This document shows positions 9,288-16,837 of a stretch of DNA of 64,000 bases, piece after piece. Where the stretch lies: the IMG/VR virus record IMGVR_UViG_3300025401_000648; one strand, given 5' to 3'. The stretch is from a virus. Taxonomy: Duplodnaviria; Caudoviricetes. The position numbers were made by a program, and so were the translations under genes. The notes under the pieces are model-generated. The model saw only the letters and a list, made by a program, of their open reading frames with translations. It was not told where the DNA came from and made no database searches. Numbering within the stretch: the first letter of the stretch is position 1; each line of letters opens with the position of its first letter.

Positions 9288-9568
9288 AAATTGTAGAGTT
9301 GATCAATGAGAGTGATGACAATTGGGATGAGTTATCTCAAAAAGTATCAAAAAAATCAGCTGATCAAGCAATCAAACATCTTCAAAAGGATTTAAAAGAT
9401 CCTATTGGATATGAAGCAGTGGACCATATGATGACCAGTATAGCTAAAAAATACAATATGACTCCTCATGACCTACATTTATTATTTGTAGAAAAAGTTG
9501 GCACTACACCAGATGTTTGGATTAGAAAAATCGGTCCAAGTTTAGACAAGTGGATTAACAAAAAATGA
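9284..9568 (+). CDS. Putative internal head protein (MKIVELINE leader)
   Basis: ATGA-coupled; paralogous to the N-terminal domain of the 9565 protein. Confidence 0.7.
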   Translation: MKIVELINESDDNWDELSQKVSKKSADQAIKHLQKDLKDPIGYEAVDHMMTSIAKKYNMTPHDLHLLFVEKVGTTPDVWIRKIGPSLDKWINKK

Positions 9569-10002
9569 AAATCCGTGAACTAGTTGAGGCTATGAAGCCG
9601 GAACATGTGTCAGGTAAGGAAAAACCTGGTGCCGTAGATGCATTAGAAAAAAGATTATTGGCTGCTAAAAAATCTGGTACAAAATTCAACTACGACGTCA
9701 TTGATCAAATGATGCAAAAAATCTGTAGAGAATTTAATCTCACAGGCGATAAACTTCATAATGATTTTGTAAAGAAACATAATCTTGTTCCAGACAATTG
9801 GATTAAGAAAGATCTTAACGTAGAAGAAAACTTTGCTGATGGTAAGCATCCAGGACGTAAAGGATTAGCCAAACGCAGTGGTGTAAATACAAAAGCCAGT
9901 GTTAGTAGCCTACGCAAAACTGCCAAACACAGCACAGGTGAAAAACAACGTATGGCACATTGGTTGGCCAATATGAAAGCAGGGAGAGCCAAGAAAAAAT
10001 GA
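9565..10002 (+). CDS. Putative internal head protein (MKIRELVE leader), two modules
   Basis: ATGA-coupled; shares DxMMxxI...LHxxFVxK...PDxWIxK with the 9284 protein; second basic module after NVEE. Confidence 0.7.
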   Translation: MKIRELVEAMKPEHVSGKEKPGAVDALEKRLLAAKKSGTKFNYDVIDQMMQKICREFNLTGDKLHNDFVKKHNLVPDNWIKKDLNVEENFADGKHPGRKGLAKRSGVNTKASVSSLRKTAKHSTGEKQRMAHWLANMKAGRAKKK

Positions 10003-10418
10003 GAGCATCAGAATTCATAATTGAAACAGCCGCTTGGCAAAAATCATCAGGTAAAAATAAAAATGGTGGTTTAAACAAAAAAGGTGTGGCCAGTTATCGT
10101 AGAGAGCATCCTGGATCAAAATTACAAACTGCTGTGACCACTAAGCCCAGCAAGTTGAAAAAAGGTAGCAAAGCCAGTAAACGTCGAGCAAGTTTTTGTG
10201 CTCGTATGAAAGGTATGAAAAAACATCGTACAGGAGCCTCCACCAAGAGAGATCCAAACAGTCGCATAAACAAAAGTCTACGCAAGTGGCATTGTGAAAG
10301 TGTTGAGCAATTATACGGCGTGTTACAAGCATTGAGAGAAGCAGCCAATCCAGCACAGCAGGCTGCTATTGCTATCAATATGAAGAAGAATCATAAAAAG
10401 CCTAAGAATACAAAATAA
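9999..10418 (+). CDS. Putative very basic internal head protein (MRASEFIIE leader)
   Basis: Start moved from 9960 to ATG 9999 (ATGA overlap with upstream stop); K/R-rich. Confidence 0.7.
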   Translation: MRASEFIIETAAWQKSSGKNKNGGLNKKGVASYRREHPGSKLQTAVTTKPSKLKKGSKASKRRASFCARMKGMKKHRTGASTKRDPNSRINKSLRKWHCESVEQLYGVLQALREAANPAQQAAIAINMKKNHKKPKNTK

Positions 10419-10422
10419 AAAT

Positions 10423-10752
10423 ATGTCAAATAACTATAATTGGATTATTTCAAAATTAGATTGTATTCCCAATGCCAATGGTTTGGAAAATGTGATTCAA
10501 TCAATACATTGGAGATTTGGTGGTACTGACGGCACTAACTATGCCGATGTATTTGGGGAAGTTATACTGGATAGTCCGGATCCTGATTCATTCATATTAT
10601 ATAAAGATTTGAGTGAAGAGCAAATTATAAACTGGATCACCGCATCATTAGGTGAAGAAGCAATAATATCTTTTAAGAAAACAATAGATGCCAAAATTTC
10701 CGCAATAGTCAACCCACCCGTGGTAAATCCTGCGTTTCCTTGGGTTATTTAA
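10423..10752 (+). CDS. Hypothetical protein
   Basis: 109-aa ORF at the end of the late operon. Confidence 0.7.
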   Translation: MSNNYNWIISKLDCIPNANGLENVIQSIHWRFGGTDGTNYADVFGEVILDSPDPDSFILYKDLSEEQIINWITASLGEEAIISFKKTIDAKISAIVNPPVVNPAFPWVI

Positions 10753-10778
10753 ATTAATATCTAAAAATTCCAAAACAC

Positions 10779-10807
10779 TTGATCTCCTGACTTCACTAGC
10801 GTATAGT
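10779..10807 (+). promoter_or_regulatory. Sigma70-type early promoter
   Basis: TTGATC-N17-TATAGT upstream of SD AAGGAG and ATG 10830. Confidence 0.65.
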
Positions 10808-10829
10808 AAGTGAATAAGGAGATTTTTTT

Positions 10830-11102
10830 ATGAGTAAAGCGTTCGGCGCCCCAGAACAGGCAAAGATTAAACAGATTGTAGCAGAAGGTATGACTGTGAT
10901 GCAGGAAATTCAAGACCTTACTGAGGGGTTGAATGATACAATTAAAGCAGTAGCCGAAGAATTGGAAGTCAAACCCAGTGTTATTAAGCGGGCCATTAAA
11001 ATTGCCCAAAAAGATCAATGGGATCAAGTATTCCGTGAATTTGATGATTTGGAAACTATCGTTGATATTGCCGGACACGCAAATCGTCGACAAGACGTTT
11101 GA
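10830..11102 (+). CDS. Small dsDNA-binding protein, T4 DsbA/GapR-like
   Basis: 90-aa helical protein; IKAVAEELEVKPSVIKRAIKIAQK resembles the T4 DsbA pattern. Confidence 0.55.
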   Translation: MSKAFGAPEQAKIKQIVAEGMTVMQEIQDLTEGLNDTIKAVAEELEVKPSVIKRAIKIAQKDQWDQVFREFDDLETIVDIAGHANRRQDV

Positions 11103-11134
11103 TAAAAGTACTTGATATTAATTAACCAATTTAC

Positions 11135-11163
11135 TTGATCTATCTTACACAGATCTGTAATAT
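11135..11163 (+). promoter_or_regulatory. Possible sigma70-type promoter
   Basis: TTGATC-N17-TAATAT; same -35 as the 10779 promoter. Confidence 0.4.
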
Positions 11164-11208
11164 AACTAATAACTGATGTATATCAGCATACAACAAAAGG
11201 AAATAAAG

Positions 11209-11481
11209 ATGAAAACAATTAGTCAAGAAACAAAAACATACAAGCTATTGACCGCATTAAAGAGCGGCGAAAAGTTTACAGCATCACAAGCTGAAAAGCG
11301 TTTTGGTATCAAGAACATCAGCGCAGAAGCAAGTCGTCTTCGTCAAGCTGGACACGCTATCTATGCTCGTAGCCGTAAAGCTGGCAACGGTGTTAATGTA
11401 ACTGAGTATCACTTGGATCGTCCAACCCGCAAGATGGTTGCTTTGGCATACAAGGCACAAAGCCTAGGCATTACACTGTAA
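11209..11481 (+). CDS. Winged-helix/HTH DNA-binding protein
   Basis: Start moved to 11209 (SD AAGGA); LLTALKSGEKFTASQAEKRFGIKNISAEASRLRQAG has an HTH pattern. Confidence 0.6.
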   Translation: MKTISQETKTYKLLTALKSGEKFTASQAEKRFGIKNISAEASRLRQAGHAIYARSRKAGNGVNVTEYHLDRPTRKMVALAYKAQSLGITL

Positions 11482-11501
11482 TTTGAGCTTGCTCAGTAAT
11501 C

Positions 11502-11523
11502 AACCCGCTTAGGCGGGTTTTTT
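11502..11523 (+). terminator. Rho-independent terminator between convergent genes
   Basis: AACCCGC-TTAG-GCGGGTT followed by a T run. Confidence 0.85.
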
Positions 11524-12583
11524 ATTGACTTTTGTAGTCTCGGTATCGTTGTCCGGACACTTCGCCTGAGAATAATTTTTTAACATATTCCAGACCTTTG
11601 GTCAATGCGTCTCTATCTTTGACAGCGCGGGCTTGACTGGCATCTGTACTAGCCTTGTCACGTTTGGGCGCAGTGATAGCATGTTGCGATTTTTCTACAT
11701 AGTGATTGGCAAATTGATTAATAAAGTCATCGGCAGAACTGAATCGTTCCAAATCACCCTTACCAAACATTCCATTTAATTCACAGCTACGAGCAAACCC
11801 CTTAACACCATTAACCAAACGTTCTACATTAACATTCATTGTGTCAACACCAGGATTGGCCTTTAGTAGTGGATCAATCTTGGGATTTTCTATTCCAAGT
11901 TCTTCTGCCTCATGTAGGAATATGTCTAATACCCAGCGTTTGATATCTTGCCCTACTGTGTGTAGGTTGTAATTCTTAAGCGTCTTGCCATAATTAACTT
12001 TTTTTCCATTTACAGTTTTGTATTGGATGCCCTTGTGCTGCAGGTTAACTGGAATCAATTCGCTCATTGTGGCAAAGATATTACCGTTTAGTAAACCTTT
12101 TAATCCATGTTCTCCTGTGGCACGATAACGGCCCCATTCGGCAGTCTTTTCTGGATGCGGCATAATATCTACTTGTACCTTACTACCATCACCCAATATG
12201 AACATGGGCTGTGCTCCTCGACTTTCAGCTTTATCAATATAGGATAAATTTGAATCTTGAATAAATTTATTGATTAATGTGCCCCAGCGACCCTGAACTT
12301 GCCCACTGGTCATATCATCATATTCTGGTAAATCTGGAATAATAACCTGTAGATCCATGTCACCATATATGGTGTTTTCTGGATCATCGAGTTCATGATA
12401 AGCGGCGGATCCTGTGGGATGACCAACTTTCATAGGTCCAAGCCCCTGTTGTTTTAACCAAGGATTGAAATCTTTAAGGAAATTATCTACTGCAACAATT
12501 CCCTGTTTTACCACTTTGGCTTTGATGCCAGGATTATCTCCGGTGGTCCACCCGCCTTCAACAATTAATTCTCTAATTTTCAT
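11522..12583 (-). CDS. Pol-beta-superfamily nucleotidyltransferase with capsid-targeting-like leader
   Basis: Start at ATG 12583 (MKIRELIVEGG); TGS...GDMD...QVD motifs; paralogous to the N-domain of the 2897 protein. Confidence 0.65.
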   Translation of the reverse strand: MKIRELIVEGGWTTGDNPGIKAKVVKQGIVAVDNFLKDFNPWLKQQGLGPMKVGHPTGSAAYHELDDPENTIYGDMDLQVIIPDLPEYDDMTSGQVQGRWGTLINKFIQDSNLSYIDKAESRGAQPMFILGDGSKVQVDIMPHPEKTAEWGRYRATGEHGLKGLLNGNIFATMSELIPVNLQHKGIQYKTVNGKKVNYGKTLKNYNLHTVGQDIKRWVLDIFLHEAEELGIENPKIDPLLKANPGVDTMNVNVERLVNGVKGFARSCELNGMFGKGDLERFSSADDFINQFANHYVEKSQHAITAPKRDKASTDASQARAVKDRDALTKGLEYVKKLFSGEVSGQRYRDYKSQ

Positions 12584-12590
12584 AGTAAAG

Positions 12591-12597
12591 TATTTAT
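12591..12597 (-). promoter_or_regulatory. T4-like late promoter ATAAATA
   Basis: 7 nt upstream of ATG 12583 on the minus strand. Confidence 0.6.
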
Positions 12598-12606
12598 TCA
12601 AAACAG

Positions 12607-12635
12607 TTGTGTCAAATTGCTATAGCTGTTATACT
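12607..12635 (+). promoter_or_regulatory. Sigma70-type promoter
   Basis: TTGTGT-N17-TATACT immediately upstream of ATG 12641. Confidence 0.5.
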
Positions 12636-12640
12636 TGTTT

Positions 12641-12937
12641 ATGAATGAATTATTTAGACCCACCTTAGAATGGATACGCGATGATTATCGAAGTAACCCT
12701 TTTCGTTTTTTTGTTGAGCTTGTTGCTTGGGCGATTAGTATTGGCTGTAGTATCACAATGGCCTTTACTGTTCCCAATCCACCTCTCATTATTCTTTATC
12801 CTATTTGGATTAGTGGCTGTGCCATGTATGCTTGGTCTGCTTATACTAGGCAATCATTTGGCATGCTGGCTAACTACATCTTGCTAGTAAGCATAGATTC
12901 TGTTGGCTTAATTAGAATGTTAGCTAAATATTTGTGA
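12641..12937 (+). CDS. Small integral membrane protein (about 3 TM helices)
   Basis: Hydrophobic stretches FFVELVAWAISIGCSITMAF, LIILYPIWISGCAMYAW, FGMLANYILLVSI. Confidence 0.7.
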   Translation: MNELFRPTLEWIRDDYRSNPFRFFVELVAWAISIGCSITMAFTVPNPPLIILYPIWISGCAMYAWSAYTRQSFGMLANYILLVSIDSVGLIRMLAKYL

Positions 12938-12947
12938 GAAAGGTACA

Positions 12948-12997
12948 GCGAGCCATAAATCGCATCATGGTATTTGAGAGCCGTAAATCTCAAGGAG
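12948..12997 (+). promoter_or_regulatory. Tandem hairpins with GCCRTAAA loops abutting the DNA polymerase SD (candidate translational operator)
   Basis: GCGA-GCCATAAA-TCGC (12948-12963) and TTGAGA-GCCGTAAA-TCTCAA (12974-12993), then GGAG. Confidence 0.55.
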
Positions 12998-13006
12998 AAA
13001 AATAAT

Positions 13007-15676
13007 ATGAGTTATGTTGATGCCATTTGGGATCGCGAAAAAGACATTGTCAAAGTCATTGAGCGTGATCCAAAACAGGGTAGACTCTATCAAGAGTACA
13101 ATGCCCGCTATCTATTTTATTATCCAGACCAACGAGGAAAATTCAAAAGCATCTTTGGAGAAAACTTATCCAAAGTAACTGCTCGTAGCTGGAAAGAATT
13201 CATTAAAGAACAAAAAATCCATTCTTCTCATAAACTATATGAGAGCGATATCAATCCTGTATTCCGTTGTTTAGAAGAAAACTATCTTGGCAAAGATGCT
13301 CCAAAATTAAATGTAGCATTTTTTGATATTGAGGTGGACTTTGATCCAGAACGTGGCTACGCAAGTCCAGACGATGCGTTTATGCCAATTACTGCGATTG
13401 CTGTCCACCTACAATGGATGGATACTCTAGTATGCCTTGCTGTTCCTCCAAAGACTTTAACCATGGAACAAGCACAAGATCAAGTTAAAGAATTTCCCAA
13501 CACTATACTGTTTGAAACAGAATACGAAATGTTGGATACATTCTTAAATCTAATTGAAGATGCTGATGTGCTAAGTGGATGGAACAGTGAAGGGTTTGAT
13601 ATTCCCTATACTGTTAATCGTGTTACAAAAGTTCTAAGTAAAGAAGATACCCGTAGATTTTGTCTTTGGGGAGCCATGCCAAAGAAACGTGAATTTGAAA
13701 AATATGGAAAAACTGCTGTTACCTATGACCTTGTTGGTCGTGTTCACCTTGATAGTCTCGAGTTGTACAGAAAATATACCTATGAAGAACGCCACACATA
13801 TCGACTGGATGCAATTGGAGAGATGGAAATAGGCGAAAGCAAGACTGTTTACGAAGGTACGTTGGACCAGTTATACAATAATGATTTCCGTAAATTTATT
13901 GAATATAATAGACAAGACTGTGCCTTGCTTGATAAGTTGGATAAAAAGTTAAAATTCATTGACCTTGCTAATACTGTTGCTCACGAAAATACTGTGTTAC
14001 TACAAACTACAATGGGTGCTGTGGCTGTTACAGAACAGGCTATTGTAAATGAAGCACATCACAGAGGTATGATGGTACCAAGTCGCCCCAAACGAGATGA
14101 TACCGTAAGTAATCAGGCGGCAGGTGCGTATGTTGCTTATCCAAAAAAAGGCATCCATGACTACATTGGATCAATGGATATTAACAGTTTGTACCCGTCT
14201 GTGATTCGTGCGCTGAACATGGGTCCAGAAACGATTGTGGGTCAGTTACGCCAAGATTATACTAAAGAAGAAATTGAAAACAAAATGGCCAAGAAAGAAA
14301 GTTTCGCTGGCGCATGGGAAGGTAAGTTTGGCAGTAATGAATATGAATTTGTTATGAACCGAGATCGAAGTCATGATATTATCATTGATTGGGAGAATGG
14401 CGAAACCACTATTATGAGTGGTGCTCAAATTTATGAACTTATCTTTGAAAGTAATAATCCATGGATGCTAAGTGCCAATGGTACTATCTTTACCTATGAA
14501 AAAGAAGGTATCATTCCTGGTTTACTAAAACGTTGGTATAGTGAACGTAAAGAAATGCAGGCCAAGCTCAAAGAAGCAATTAAAGCGGAGAATAAAATTG
14601 AAGAAGAATACTGGGACAAAAGACAACTGGTTAAAAAAATTAACCTCAATAGCCTATATGGTGCTATTCTTAACGCTGGTTGTAGGTTCTTTGATAATCG
14701 TATTGGACAATCCACAACTCTTTCCGGACGTGGTATCGCCCGCCATATGGCCGCAAAGATAAATGAAGTTATCACTGGAGAGTACAACCATATTGGTAAA
14801 AGCATTATCTATGGTGATACTGACTCTGCCTACTTTAGTGCTTATTCATCTTTAAAGAACGAAATTGCCAAAGGTGAAATTCCTTGGAACAAGGACACAG
14901 TGGTTCAACTATATGATACCATTGCTGAAGAAGTAAATTCAACATTCCCAGATTTCATGCTAGAAGCACATCACTGTCCTCGCAGCCGTGGCGATGTTAT
15001 CCGTGCTGGTCGTGAAATTGTTGCTATCAAAGGCCTGTTTATTACCAAGAAGCGTTATGCCGTACTGTATTATGACAAGGAAGGCAAACGCAGTGACGTA
15101 GATGGCAAGCCAGGTAAGATCAAGGCCATGGGCTTGGATTTGAAACGCAGTGACACTCCTGAATTTATGCAGAAGTTTTTGGAAGAAGTTCTTACCAAAG
15201 TACTCAATGGTAGTGAAGAAAAAGAAATTCTAGAGATGATCAGTGAATTCCGTACAGAATTTAAAGCCCGACCAGGTTGGGAGAAAGGAAGTCCAAAACG
15301 TGCCAACAACATTACAGAATATCAAGAAAAAGAGAAGAAATTTGGCAAGGCTAATATGCCTGGTCATGTTAGAGCAAGTATTAATTGGAATACGCTCAAA
15401 AGAATGAATGGTGACAAATACAGTCAGCAAATTGTTGATGGTATGAAAGTTATCGTTTGTAAACTAAAGGGTAACCCCTTGGGATATACATCAGTAGCAT
15501 ATCCTGTGGACGAACTACGGTTGCCTAAATGGTTTCAAGAACTTCCGTTTGATCATGAAGAAATGGAAGCTACCATTATTAACAATAAGATTGAAAACCT
15601 TATTGGCGTATTAGAATGGGACTTGAGCAGTACTACTGAGACTAATACGTTTGGCAACTTGTTTTCGTTTGATTAA
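13007..15676 (+). CDS. gp43: Family B DNA polymerase (T4 gp43-like)
   Basis: Exonuclease FFDIE, WNSEGFD, YNRQD; polymerase DINSLYPS, KINLNSLYG, YGDTDS, KKRY; start at ATG 13007 after AAGGAG. Confidence 0.97.
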   Translation: MSYVDAIWDREKDIVKVIERDPKQGRLYQEYNARYLFYYPDQRGKFKSIFGENLSKVTARSWKEFIKEQKIHSSHKLYESDINPVFRCLEENYLGKDAPKLNVAFFDIEVDFDPERGYASPDDAFMPITAIAVHLQWMDTLVCLAVPPKTLTMEQAQDQVKEFPNTILFETEYEMLDTFLNLIEDADVLSGWNSEGFDIPYTVNRVTKVLSKEDTRRFCLWGAMPKKREFEKYGKTAVTYDLVGRVHLDSLELYRKYTYEERHTYRLDAIGEMEIGESKTVYEGTLDQLYNNDFRKFIEYNRQDCALLDKLDKKLKFIDLANTVAHENTVLLQTTMGAVAVTEQAIVNEAHHRGMMVPSRPKRDDTVSNQAAGAYVAYPKKGIHDYIGSMDINSLYPSVIRALNMGPETIVGQLRQDYTKEEIENKMAKKESFAGAWEGKFGSNEYEFVMNRDRSHDIIIDWENGETTIMSGAQIYELIFESNNPWMLSANGTIFTYEKEGIIPGLLKRWYSERKEMQAKLKEAIKAENKIEEEYWDKRQLVKKINLNSLYGAILNAGCRFFDNRIGQSTTLSGRGIARHMAAKINEVITGEYNHIGKSIIYGDTDSAYFSAYSSLKNEIAKGEIPWNKDTVVQLYDTIAEEVNSTFPDFMLEAHHCPRSRGDVIRAGREIVAIKGLFITKKRYAVLYYDKEGKRSDVDGKPGKIKAMGLDLKRSDTPEFMQKFLEEVLTKVLNGSEEKEILEMISEFRTEFKARPGWEKGSPKRANNITEYQEKEKKFGKANMPGHVRASINWNTLKRMNGDKYSQQIVDGMKVIVCKLKGNPLGYTSVAYPVDELRLPKWFQELPFDHEEMEATIINNKIENLIGVLEWDLSSTTETNTFGNLFSFD

Positions 15677-15684
15677 TTTAATCA

Positions 15685-15713
15685 TTGACTTTTTCGCTTG
15701 ACCTAAATAAACT
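15685..15713 (+). promoter_or_regulatory. Sigma70-type promoter overlapping a late-type CTAAATA (15703-15709)
   Basis: TTGACT-N17-TAAACT upstream of SD AAGGA. Confidence 0.5.
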
Positions 15714-15731
15714 TATATAAAGGAAAATATT

Positions 15732-16466
15732 ATGCAAGACTTACTTAAAGATATCGTGTCGCACACAAATAAACTGGGATTTCTTAACATTGTTAAGATC
15801 ACAGGCACTGATGAAGAAACATTAATCGACAGCATGGCTGAAGACCGTACTGTTGTTATGTACGCAAAAACTGCCAATCCTTATCCACAATTAATTGGTA
15901 GTTTTGGTATGCCACAACTTGAAAAATTACGCTACTTGTTAGAAGGTAAAGAATATCAAGAAGATGCCAAGATTGATTTGGTAACTGCTACCCGTAACAA
16001 TGAAACAATTCCGGTTGGACTTCACTTTGAAAACAAAGATGGCGATTTCAAAAATGATTATCGTTTCATGAACAAGGAAGTCATTGACGAAAAATTGAAA
16101 ACAGTTAAATTCAAAGGTGTCAATTGGAATGTCACAGTTAGCCCAAGTGTTAATTCAACACAACGTTTCCAATTCCAGTCAGGTGCTAATACAGAACATA
16201 CACACTTCTTGGCTAAAACAGATGGCGATAAATTGATTTTCTCATTCGGTGATGTAGCAAGTCACGCTGGTGAGTTTGTGTTTGCCACAGGCGTTACAGG
16301 TAAAATTAGCAAGTCCTGGACATATCCAGTTGTGCCTGTACTGAGCATTTTGAAAATTGCCGATGCTAACAATACAAAAATGAGTTTTAGTGATGGTGGT
16401 GCTCTACGTCTTGAATTAGACAGCGGCATTGCTACTTATGAATACATTGTTCCAGCCAAGGTATGA
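15732..16466 (+). CDS. Probable sliding clamp (gp45/PCNA-like)
   Basis: 244 aa, directly after the polymerase; C-terminal LRLELDSGIATYEYIVPAK resembles the PCNA-type last strands. Confidence 0.55.
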   Translation: MQDLLKDIVSHTNKLGFLNIVKITGTDEETLIDSMAEDRTVVMYAKTANPYPQLIGSFGMPQLEKLRYLLEGKEYQEDAKIDLVTATRNNETIPVGLHFENKDGDFKNDYRFMNKEVIDEKLKTVKFKGVNWNVTVSPSVNSTQRFQFQSGANTEHTHFLAKTDGDKLIFSFGDVASHAGEFVFATGVTGKISKSWTYPVVPVLSILKIADANNTKMSFSDGGALRLELDSGIATYEYIVPAKV

Positions 16467-16837
16467 TAAAGGGTATAAATCAGGGCGGGAGATATATTAG
16501 TGTTACCGGCGGAATGCCGGGCAGTAATTATATTAACAATTACTCTGGCGCACAAGGTATCGGTAACATGCGATTCAATACTTCTACACAAAATGTGGAA
16601 GTATGGGATGGCAATAATTGGATGACCTTACAAACATCTTATGCTACAGTTCAATTAGATAGTGAAGCAACAAGTCTACTAGATTGGGCTAAAGAAAAAC
16701 GTGATGAAGAATGGAAGATGCAGGAGTTGATTAAAACCAATCCTGCTGTTAAAATAGCGTATGACAATGTTTTGAAAGCACAAGAACAATTAAAGATAAC
16801 AACTATATTGAGTACAGATGAAAAAACCACCAGTTAA
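16463..16837 (+). CDS. Hypothetical protein
   Basis: 124-aa ATGA-coupled ORF. Confidence 0.7.
   Translation: MIKGINQGGRYISVTGGMPGSNYINNYSGAQGIGNMRFNTSTQNVEVWDGNNWMTLQTSYATVQLDSEATSLLDWAKEKRDEEWKMQELIKTNPAVKIAYDNVLKAQEQLKITTILSTDEKTTS

Noticed and set aside
10081-10090. AAGGTGTGGC as another QGVAEG repeat copy
   Set aside because: Only 10 bp match and it encodes KGVAS, without the Glu cut site; probably chance
12587-12615. Minus-strand TTGACA-N17-TACTTT promoter for the NTase gene
   Set aside because: The predicted start site would fall inside the start codon region; the late ATAAATA explains the gene better
103-15430. Numerous short antisense or out-of-frame ORFs over clpA, the cargo genes and the polymerase
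   Set aside because: Fully nested in well-supported genes on the other frame or strand, without motifs
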